From Ylistrum balloti (taxonomy: Eukaryota): a stretch of 64,000 bases of DNA. Position numbers and translations under genes: made by a program. Positions 54,501-64,000 of this stretch are shown here, piece by piece (position 1 is the stretch's first letter; every line of letters starts with the position of its first letter). The notes under the pieces were generated by a model. It saw only the letters and a list, made by a program, of their open reading frames with translations, was not told the DNA's origin and ran no database searches. The stretch spans positions 744,001 through 808,000 of the forward strand of contig NW_026782361.1 in assembly GCF_031769215.1 (NCBI RefSeq), in the 5' to 3' direction.

Positions 54501-56900
54501 ATTGCTTCTGACCTGTTCTAAAAATAATTAGATTAACATACTATAGTCAAACCCTTGAAAAAAATAATTTTTTCTTGTCATCTTTTAAAATGTTTATCTG
54601 AAATATTCACGAGCTTGTTCAATTCTATTTTGGTGAGTAATAATGATAATGATGGCGTAAGTGACGTCATACAAACTGTAGCGATAAATTAACATTTCGC
54701 AACAAAACCTAAGACAGAAAGGCTTTACCAGCATGCGTACCCTCCTCTTTTTTTGTTATTGCATCTATATTTCGGAATAATACTTTGGACATGCAACCTT
54801 GAGTTCATCATGATATATGGGCTAACAGCAAGCAGCAGTTTAATACAATGATAAATGTGCTGAGTAGTATCTAATTATGATACCTTGTGATTGATTAATG
54901 TATACACATTATTGTAATACTAACACCTGAGGACGGTGTATTACCGCTGACCTACCGTCCATCTATCAATCAGACAGACATGTGTGAGGAGTTCAGATGA
55001 TTGTTTCTGGGTTAGCATTGATAAATCACTTAAGTTGTTGCATTCACAGCATTATCGTGCGTCGTGTTTTCCCTGTTGTATTTCGGTATTCTTTCACAAA
55101 AAAGGATATTTATAAAAGCTATTCACAAAAAAGGTATAAGAAACGTCCTAGGTGCACTGAATATAAGTTATATTTCATACTTTCAACTTTTTGTAATGCG
55201 TTTACAGGAGATTTGTGAAAAGAAAAAGGAATTTGAACAAATTCGATTTGCATGGATTTTGACTTCTAAAATTATCTGTTATATGCTGCATTTCCCCGTC
55301 TAGATTTTAACGTTTCTTTCGATCACTTTGGATTTTCCCTATTTGCCTCTTAGACTTAGGCCCTCAGCATCGCTGACGAGTCCCAAAAGGACGAAATAGC
55401 TGTATGATGCAGTTTAAGTCATTGTTTGGCTCTGCTGTAGCAAATCCAAATTGGTATTAAAATGTGATATTCATTTGTGTCTTTTGTTTTTTAGCGTAAA
55501 CAAACGAGAGAATAAAAGAAAGAAGAGAATGAATTAAAGGTCAGTCCCATGAATTAACAGCCACCGAGTCCGTTATCATAGAGTTGAATAAAGTGAAAAA
55601 GAGTTAATTGGAAAGACTTTTGCAGGTTGTAAATGAATGAGCATCAATCTCAGACATATCGCTCAAATAACCAATTATTTTATACAGGGAGTTTAATATG
55701 TGTAAAAATTTCAAGATGAAGAAACTTGTTCAAGAAATCATACATTTACAAAATAGCCATTGCATGTCATGTCATAAAAACGTGAATATCTTAACACCTA
55801 ATCATCAGCATATCACACTTAGACACCAAGTCAGGAGAAATGAGATATGTATAGGAATTTACTGAATATGGACAATTTTACGAACATACAAGAAAGCATC
55901 ATCGACTCCGAAGGCAGGTTCCCACCTTATTACGGTGTGTGATATGATATGCGTAACCCATCAATGTTCTCATTTGGTTAATTAGTGACCATTAGGGTTA
56001 CAAAAATGAGTGAAACAAAAATGATAATGATTGTAATAAAAATAATTCTAACAAAGTTCAAGTCCATCATAGACCGTATGAAAACATTCAGAAAACGACT
56101 GTCCTCATTGATTTACAAAAACAATTATAAAACTACTCACGTGTAGGTACAGAAATTGAGAAATTACTACTTACGCATAGGTACAGGAACTGAAAAATCA
56201 TGTTAAATCATATCAAAACATTGTATGAGATTCTTACACTTTGCATATTACTTTCCGTTACAGATATAATTACAGATATGAAGTATTGCATTTAAACAAA
56301 TATACCAAAGGTTTGCATGCTGTGACGTCATTGAAAACATATACTCTAAATCCTTTAAACAATACTATAGACACGTTATTTTAATGCCGTTCATGGAAGT
56401 AAACATCTATAGTATATATCTACCAATTAGAAGTTTGTAAAGAAGGGAAATTGTCCATTGATAGATAAAAAATGTCAAGGAGGAAAAACTGACCTATTTT
56501 TGTGAAAACACGTCTTCGATAGCCAACTGTAAAATAGATAATGGAAAAATTAGCAATAACAAGATATCAAGCATGAAAATAATTAACCAATATTCGAAAT
56601 GAACACCTTTATAAGTGATATGTATAAGTAAAAGGATTTACTCACATCCCTCGGAAGAACCTGAAATACAAAAATAAAGATATTTAGAAATTGTTTCCAT
56701 TATGAATAAAGCAAGAGTGACATTTCAATTTTTGTGTAATTAGCTTGAAAGTTATTTTCTATTTGTTTGAATGATTAATTAATTCCGCATATCGAAATTG
56801 AAATTTCTACTAAAATACACATGCCGTTATATCCTATTAGGATTACAGCCCACATACCTGCCGCTAGGGCAATCACTATTAAAAGCGCTACACCGTTCAT
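51575..56900 (-). CDS. Uncharacterised secreted Val/Pro-rich plus Gly/Asp/His-repeat protein encoded by micro-exons (C-terminus unresolved)
   Basis: Exons (-): 56900-56858 (MNGVALLIVIALAA), 56660-56646 (15 nt), 56189-56175 (15 nt), possibly 54553-54542 (12 nt, AAG acceptor), 54308-54288 (21 nt), 53838-53821 (18 nt), 53398-53381 (18 nt), 53144-53022 (acceptor could instead be 53120), 52634-52539, 51994-51575. All introns are phase 1. Protein: MNGVALLIVIALAAGSSEG-FPVPM(RFDYT)FQVKRPFVINRHHVMVKQ...VPKIQTVVLTKKVPQIQKVLVNNPVPVKQVVPRDRTVVVNNPVPV...(DLGLGHGNG/DLGFGKGNG)x9... A strong donor follows 51575; read-through would stop at 51516. Confidence 0.82.
52848..53040. repeat. 31-bp minisatellite (~6 copies) containing exon 3' end plus donor of the secreted-protein gene
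   Basis: Unit ATCTGTGGCATTTGTGTACCTGCCTTCCTAT; on the minus strand CCACAGATACAGAAAG|GTAGG is the true junction. Confidence 0.9.
53860..54112. repeat. ~53-bp degenerate tandem repeat (~5 copies)
   Basis: Recurring TTTAGATATATCGTAA...CTACAATG motif. Confidence 0.75.
55367..55410 (+). ncRNA. Minimal type-I hammerhead ribozyme
   Basis: Stem I GCATCG (55367-72) / TGATGC (55405-10); core CTGACGA (55373-79); stem II GTCC-CAAAA-GGAC (55380-92); GAAA (55393-96); short near-palindromic stem III TAGCTG; cleavage triplet GTA (55402-04). Confidence 0.85.
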
Positions 56901-56959
56901 GCTGACAGTTCTCCGACTGGACTCTCAAGGACACTGTGAAGCAACAATCCAACACTGGC

Positions 56960-56970
56960 CTTTTATATAG
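56960..56970 (-). promoter_or_regulatory. TATA box of the secreted-protein gene
   Basis: CTATATAAAAG on the minus strand, ~25-30 nt upstream of an Inr-like TTCACAGT and ~60 nt upstream of the ATG at 56900. Confidence 0.75.
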
Positions 56971-57559
56971 GTCAGGAGGCAGGTGTATTACTTACAATTT
57001 GATTATATTTACTTCTATACATCGAGACATTCATTTGACACCTTTGTCTAAACGGAGATGGTTCAGTATACTTGCAAGATGGTGAGTCGAGTGTCAGAGA
57101 CATGACATTTTTAGTACCGATACATCCTTTGGCGTGTATTGCTCATAAACCAACATGTACAACCTCAATGCATATCCACATCTCATCAACAGATATTACG
57201 ACTTGGCGAAAACTTCATGATAGTCTTAGTGAGTTGTGAATTATTGAACTTGTCAGGCTTTGTGGTATTCATGCTTTGACTGAAGCATGTATCAGATGAA
57301 TAAATGTCTTTAGGTCTGACAGACAACGAACAAAAGTCTATATGAGCTTTTTTAACCCTGAAGCTGTGGGATTTTACAGCGTAAACTAGAACTGTCATGG
57401 TAAGGATAACTAAACTTGAGACGCAGTTTCGATGATTTAGTTTCAGTCAGAGTGACCTCAAAGTAGTTTGTATAAGATTAATTTCCCTCGACACATACCA
57501 TCCCCTTGTCATGCCCTATCTTACAAGGGTTACCACTTTAACGTTAAGAGTTTTCTACC

Positions 57560-58075
57560 AGATTAACACGAAAACTCTTCCAAAAAAAAGTATCCACAAT
57601 ATTCTCATCTAAATTGTTCCACGAATAATACCCGCGATATTCTAAGTTGAAAATGGTTTCAGAAATAATACCGACAACATTTTTACTGCAACTATTCCAT
57701 AAGTATTACCTACACCTACGTCATTATCGTCAAACATTGTTCCAAAAATAGCTCGAGATATTCTCATCCACTCTTTGGAAATTATTTTAAAAAAGCCCGC
57801 GACTTTCACATCAAACTTTGTTACATAAATAATAACTCCAACATTCTCATTGAAAATGGTTCCAGAAATAATACCGACAACATTTTCAATGAAAAAAAAA
57901 ATTCCCGCGTCATTCTTACCAACAAATATAAAACATAACAATAGCTACATCATTCCCATCAAACATTGTTCGATAAATAATGCCTATTATCAGGAAAAGT
58001 GTTTCCGAAAATAATACTAGCATCATACTCATCAAAAAACATTCCAAAAATAATACAAGCGACATACTTACTTCG
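57560..58075. repeat. Old degenerate ~36-40 bp tandem array (~13 copies)
   Basis: Recurring AAATTGTTCCAAAAATAATACC...ACATTCTCATC-like units; GAAAATGGTT[T/C]CAGAAATAATACCGACAACATTTT appears near-exactly twice (57649, 57852). Confidence 0.7.
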
Positions 58076-58369
58076 CCGTCAGGTCTCGATTTCGATTAAC
58101 ATCATCAGGGGTCTCCGTATCCGTAAATCTTTATCTTGTCCGTATTTTTTTCTGAGACTCTTGAGTCTGAATTAAAATTATGTCGGCTGCCGGTATTTTA
58201 GTTGATGCATTTGCATTGACATGGACACCATTGAAAACATACAGGAAGAATATCATCAGATTTTCATTCGATCAATGCCACTGTTTAGACTATACACATG
58301 TATTTGACATTGTTTTAAAATCATCAGAAACATGAAAATTACAAAATTCACTGAATTATTTAGCTAGTG

Positions 58370-58565
58370 CACATCCCCATCTTTGATTTTTCTTTCGGTT
58401 ACTTTGGATTTTCCTCGGTCGCCTCCTATGCTTCAAAAATTAGGTTCTTAACATCACTGACAAGAAGGACGAAACAGCATGATGCAGTTTAATTCATTGT
58501 TTGGCTCTACTGCAACTAACTGTAAAATTGTGTAAAAAAAAGTGCTATTCAATCAAGTGTCTTTT
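58370..58565 (+). mobile_element. Second, decayed copy of the hammerhead-bearing ~200-bp dispersed repeat (other copy ~55290-55490)
   Basis: Shared blocks CACTTTGGATTTTCC, GGACGAAA[C/T]AGC and ATGATGCAGTTTAA.TCATTGTTTGGCTCT. The core here is CTGACAAG, with part of stem II and stem III deleted. Confidence 0.75.
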
Positions 58566-59154
58566 GTACAATCTTTCAAAGTAAGGAACAAGATATGACA
58601 AACCTGCAAGTTATAAACGAGACCTAAGTTAGAGTGCACTTAGCACTTAATTATATTAAATGTTGCTTTTCATTTGTGCGTCTTTTGTACAATCAATGAG
58701 GTTGAAGACACTTGATAAGTAATACTAAGATGTCCATACTTAGATATACGTAGCCCTGGCGACACCCACTAAACATGTCTCTCTCAATCAATTTTCCCGG
58801 GCTCTCTTAACACCGATATAACTGGTATGCCAATAAAACCAGGGAAAGCGAAAGGTTTACAGTGTAATCTGACAGATCAGGATAACATATGTCTTCTGTG
58901 GTGAAAGAGACAAGTTTATCTTATCATTCGAGAGTTCATTTTGCTTTCAACAGTATTAGTATATTCCTATAGAATATATTTTGTCAAAATCTACTATTAT
59001 CTTTCTGAAACCGTAAATGATGGTCCGACCATTTCATCAGCTGAGGTATCAAGAGACCAAATCAACTGCTCTCAACAAAATCTCCAGAGAATAAATTGTG
59101 TCAGACGGCCTCAACATCAACACAAAAGCTAAAGGTCACATCAGCTGTATCCCT

Positions 59155-60888
59155 TTTTACTTAACCTCAGTTTATTACCTAGGTGTCAGACCGGCACTAT
59201 AACTTCTTACTTCATCTCAACATAGTATCTAGAGGTCAGACCGGCAGTATTCCTTTTACTTCACCTCAACATAGTATATAGAGGTCAGCCCGGCATTATT
59301 TCTTCTTACTTCACCTCAACATAGTATATTGAGGTCAAACCGGCGGTATTCCTTTTACTTCACCTCAACATAGTATAAAGAGGTCAGACCGACAGCATTT
59401 CTTCTTACTTCACCTCAACTGGTATATAGAGGTCAGACCGCTTTATTCCTTCTTACTTCACCTCAACATAGTATATTGAGGTCAGACCGGCATTATTTCT
59501 TCTTACTTCAACTCAACATAGTATCCAGAGGTCAGACCGGCATTATTCCTTTTACTTCACCTCAACATATTATCTAGAGGTCAGACCGCTTTGTTCCTTC
59601 TTACTTCACCTCAACATAGTATATTGAGGTCAGACCGGCATTATTTCTTCTTACTTCAACTCAACATAGTATCCAGAGGTCAGACCGGCATTATTCCTTT
59701 TACTTCACCTCAACATAGTATCTAGAGGTCAGACCGCTTTGTTCCTTCTTACTTCACCTCAACATAGTATATAGAGGTCAGACCGCTTTATTCCTCCTTA
59801 CTTCACCTCAACTTAGTATCAAGAGGTCAGATCGGCAGCATTCCTTCTTACTTCACCTCAACATAGTATCTACATGTTAGACCGGCAGTATTCCTTCTTA
59901 CTTCACCTCAACATAGTATTTAGAGTTTAGACCGGCATTATTCCTTTACTTCACCTCAACATAGTAAATAGAGGTCAGACTGGCATTATTCCTTTTTACT
60001 TCACCTCAACATGGTATCAAGAGGTCAGACGGCGGCATTCCTTCTTACTTCACCTCAACATAGTATATAGAGGTCAGACCGGCAGCATTTCTTCTTACTT
60101 CACCTCAACATAGTATCAAGAGGTCACACCTGCAGCATTCCTTCTTACTTCACCTCAAAATAGTATATAGAGGTCAGACCGGCAGTATTTCTTTTACTTC
60201 ACCTCAACATAGTATTTAGAGGCAGACCAGCATTATTTCTTTTACTTCACCTCAACATAGTATATACAGGTCAGACTGGCATTATTCCTTCTTACTTCAC
60301 CTCAACATAGTATTTAGAGGTCAGACCGCTTCATTCATTCTTACTTCACTTTAACATAGTAACTAGAGGTCAGACCGACATTATTCCTTCTTACTTCACC
60401 TTAACATATTATATAGATGTCAGACTGGCATTATTCCTTCTTACTTCACCTTAACATATTATATAGAGGTCAGACCAGCATTATTTCTTTTACTTCACCT
60501 CAACATAGCATATAGAGGTCAGACTGGCATTATTTCTTCTTACTTCACCTCAACATAGCATATAGATGTCAGACCGGCATTATTTCTTTTACTTCACCTC
60601 AACATAGTATTTAGAGGTCAGACCGCTTCATTCATTCTTACTTCACTTTAACATAGTAACTAGAGGTCAGACTGACATTATTCCTTCTTACTTCACCTTA
60701 ACATATTATATAGACGTCAGACTGGCATTATTTCTTCTTACTTCACCTCAACATAGCATATAGATGTCAGACCGGCATTATTTCTTTTACTTCACCTCAA
60801 CATAGCATATAGAGGTCAGACCAGCATTATTCCTTCTTACTTCACCTCAGCATAGTATATAGATTTCAGACTGGCATTATTCCTTCAA
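59155..60888. repeat. ~49-50 bp minisatellite (~35 copies)
   Basis: Unit TTACTTCACCTCAACATAGTATATAGAGGTCAGACCGGCATTATTCCTTC, with substitutions concentrated around the GCATTATT and AGTATAT positions. Confidence 0.96.
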
Positions 60889-61469
60889 CTCGGCGTAGTA
60901 CCAAAAGGTCAGTTTGTCTTCCAGTTCCAATTGGTATTATTGATTTTACGTAAACTTTTGGATTGTTTCCTAATGTTAAGTGATCAGAAACTGAGCGCAT
61001 TGGAATATTCTGTATGATTTCATTACTGCTATATTATTCTGTAGTAATAATGTTGGTTAAATAATCAAAGTATTTGACAACGATACATACAATATGTCCC
61101 TGGTCATAAATGACCCTCTAGAACATCCGAGTAACCACAACTCTCGTTAATCTAAATAATTCTGTCATGCAGTCATAGCTCTGTCTACTGATCAAATGAC
61201 CTGAGCTGTGATCCATCCCAATTTTGTATTTACTGACCTTCTAACATGGTTACCATTGAATCTGAACAAAGAAGGTGTTAACAAATTTGTCTTCCCTATC
61301 GACCAATTATTTTTTTCAGCTTTTCTGTCTTATCGTAAAATGCCAAATATTTGACAAACTCTTAAAAAAAGTTAACAAATAAGACTTAAAATTTAAAAAA
61401 AATATATGTATAGTTAAGCATTATCTACTGAAATATTTACCAGTGATAAATCTAGTGGAAATGAGGATG

Positions 61470-61640
61470 CGGTCCCTCATGTGGGACCAATGGTGTTCTG
61501 ACAACCATTCTTGATGTAGTCTTTCCATTTCCATCACACAGAAGACAATCCACACATTTAATGTGATAGATTGCACCAGATTTGTCCATGGTTGAGGTTT
61601 TATCCTTTGGTGCTACCAACATTCCTTAATGATACAAATA
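61470..61640 (-). mobile_element. Penelope-like GIY-YIG endonuclease fragment
   Basis: Minus-strand LVAPKDKTSTMDKSGAIYHIKCVDC resembles the PLE LVHPKDK...SGVVY.I.C..C motif; it is degenerate afterwards. Confidence 0.65.
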
Positions 61641-62714
61641 TATCAAATTTAAAACATGAAAGAAAGTAACTAAGCACACTGTATGGTATACCGTGTCACA
61701 TACATTATTTAAGATCTCTCAAATTAATGAAATTATTTCATGGAACACAAGATTGACTAATCTCCAGGAATAATTGACCAGTAGATGATGATGATCTAAA
61801 ACAGCAAGAATTCTGATGTCATATAAACATGTGATTACAGGATAATGATAAATCACAAGCAACATCAACTCAGAATATTCTACTGAATACAAATAAAAGT
61901 AGACGTGGAGTGGGAGAAGAATTGAAAATTTATTGACGAATGAATTAACAATGACAACTGACAATCTATGCTGTGTAGACTTATCATGACCATGTACATA
62001 TTCCAAGTCTTGCTAACACACTTCACTCTCACATTAGCATGAACCAATATACCAACGTCACCATTAAATTCTAATAAGGAAATTAACTGAAAGATTCTGG
62101 AGTATAAAGTCCAGTACTTGAAAATTTGCTGTAGTGTATGTTGCATTCTTGATGCCTCTCAACTGCTACGTTTATCACTGTATCGTCTGATGAAAATATT
62201 GCTGAACATAACATTCTGAAGGCAATTACACACAAAATTACTGTTAAGGCATTCTAGTCAACAATGTGAAGTACAAACTGTATACAAGACAATTCCATCA
62301 ATTGTCATGTATCCATGAAATAAATAATAGCGATAGATTCGTCTTGTATAATGATCTTATTGAGATGTAGAAACAGTTAAATACAGAGGCTTCTCTGTCT
62401 GCCTTATGGAATATTGATATCGGTCTAGTACTAATTTTAAACATATGCTTGTCCAGTATGAGTTGTTGAATATACAGATTAAGAATTCTGCTGCGTCTTT
62501 CACAGGTGTTGGTTTTGTACTCCCAAAGGATAGGTGTCCAGTCTGGCTGTTCTGCAGAGTATAGACATTTGTCCTTCTACATTGTTTTGCCTAATACTCC
62601 TATTGTAAAGGGGTGTCTCGAGTGAGTCACTGATTTGCATCTTCAGATAACAGTATGGTACAACACAAACATGTCCATTGTAAATACAATGCAACAAATA
62701 GACTTCCACACAGA

Positions 62715-63462
62715 TCACAGCAACACGCCACCACCAGACCATTCCATTCTCTGAAGAAAAAAAGCATTATTATCACTACAATAACAATTAAATCATCTTT
62801 ATTTAATCTCTATAAGATAATCTTGTGCTTATGAATTCATGTAAACATGGTAAATGCTAGTTGACTAGTAAAGCTCAAAGTTCCAGGTCCTAATCTTTGT
62901 GAAGACATTGAAAAAAACACAGTTGTTAATTACAGTGTGTAGATGTGGAATACTACTCTCTTAGTGTACCAAAATAATCATAGTTGTGGATTAGATGTAC
63001 AGGAATGTGTTAAGTTCTATACCTTAATGAAGACATTTGTGGATTAAAGTGTGCAGGAATGTGTTAAACTCTTCAATGTACCAAAATAAAACATTTGTGG
63101 ATTAAAGTGTGCAGGAATGTGTGAAAAAGTAGCGATCAATAATCCTTTGGTAATATTCTTCAGATTTCAAAATGTTTGATTTACTTCTTTTAGTACATTA
63201 GATTCTAGTCAGTTAAATATGACAATAACAAAATCAAGCAGGATATTCTGTAACTCTTTTATATACTTTAAACAAACTTCTTCCAAAAGAAAGTGCTATA
63301 CAACCTGTTGAGGTTCCACGAATGCCAGCCAATCCGAGGAATGTGTTGGTAACAAGCCCATCACTTGACATTTGTAAACAGCTAATCCCAAGCAAACAAC
63401 ATTGCCGATTAAATACACAAATTTCTGTAGGACTGTTTTAGACCCCTCAATCATGTTAAAAG
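62715..63462 (-). CDS. EMC4: ER membrane protein complex subunit 4, last two exons (5' part not found in the window)
   Basis: Exon 63462-63305: [53 protein letters not shown]. Exon 62750-62715: [11 protein letters not shown]. This matches the EMC4 C-terminus ([46 protein letters not shown]). Confidence 0.93.
62985..63125. repeat. ~58-bp tandem repeat (~3 copies) in the last EMC4 intron
   Basis: TTGTGGATTA[G/A]A.GT..AGGAATGTGT occurs three times. Confidence 0.75.
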
Positions 63463-64000
63463 CTGAAACAGACAGTTTTAATCAATATAACACAGTTTCA
63501 CTAAATACGATGTAGGTACATTTTATCATCATATAAGCAGTAAAATAAAGAACAAATCAATGTAGACATAAACGCTTTGTAATAATCTATACACATATAT
63601 ATTGTTAATCCTTTAAGGTGATTCAAAGATATTTTAAGGTACAAATTCAGTGCTAGATAATTTGTGAACAACTCTGAGACAACTACATATATATCGCAGT
63701 GATGAAGAGGTAAAGTCTCTTGAATTATCATCATCTGTTGGGTGTAAGTAAACTCTGATCGGAGATTTAATTAAATTAATGTAATTACATGTAGTTTTAA
63801 AGCTCTACAACATTATAAAACAAAAAACTCTGCAGAAGGAGTACTGTAAGGACAAGAAAAATAACTTCAACTACATTGCTCTGAATAGATAAAATTAGAA
63901 CCTGTCCTACAATGCTACTTCCACAGATAAATGCTTCACACAAGTTTTTGTTAGGAAACTCATTGATAAGATTTTCCTTTTCTGAACAATTTCAACATAA

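Noticed and set aside
54927-54960. CTGAGGA-CGGT-GTATT-ACCG hammerhead-like half
   Set aside because: The required GAAA is missing after the stem, and no stem I or III pairing was found.
58082-58116. Minus-strand CTGATGA...CGAAA hammerhead-like motif
   Set aside because: There is no U at the NUH position, and the flanks are direct rather than complementary repeats, so stem I cannot form.
59155-60888. CRISPR-like appearance of conserved and variable blocks
   Set aside because: The variable segments are homologous to each other rather than unique spacers; the context is eukaryotic and there are no cas genes.
62500-62742. 80-aa [12 protein letters not shown]...
   Set aside because: An alternative frame over the EMC4 last exon and 3'UTR; the homologous frame ends [11 protein letters not shown] at 62715.

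Overview
AT-rich, intron-rich eukaryotic DNA, most consistent with an invertebrate (probably bivalve mollusc) genome; the taxon is inferred from repeat families and gene content. I reconstructed exon by exon, with GT-AG junctions and consistent phases, six conserved genes: TRIP13/PCH2 (-), NDUFAF6 (+), a CNBD1-like two-cNMP-domain gene (-), ZFAND1 (+), FAM210B with a long N-terminal extension (-), and the last two exons of EMC4 (-). A seventh gene (-, ~51.5-56.9 kb) is unrecognised: TATA box, signal-peptide exon, a chain of 12-21 nt phase-1 micro-exons, a Val/Pro-rich block and a 9-aa Gly/Asp/His repeat block, i.e. a candidate secreted structural protein. One of its introns holds a near-intact minimal type-I hammerhead ribozyme, with a decayed second copy upstream of the gene. 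Other content: CR1-like LINE relics, two Penelope-like fragments (one carrying a ~98-copy 29-bp minisatellite derived from its own GIY-YIG C-terminal codons), tRNA-derived SINEs, MITE/HINE-like elements and many minisatellites. Several tandem arrays start at, and duplicate, exon 3' ends plus splice donors. Homology calls rest on my recollection of family sequences; no database search was run. Repeat and TE boundaries are approximate.
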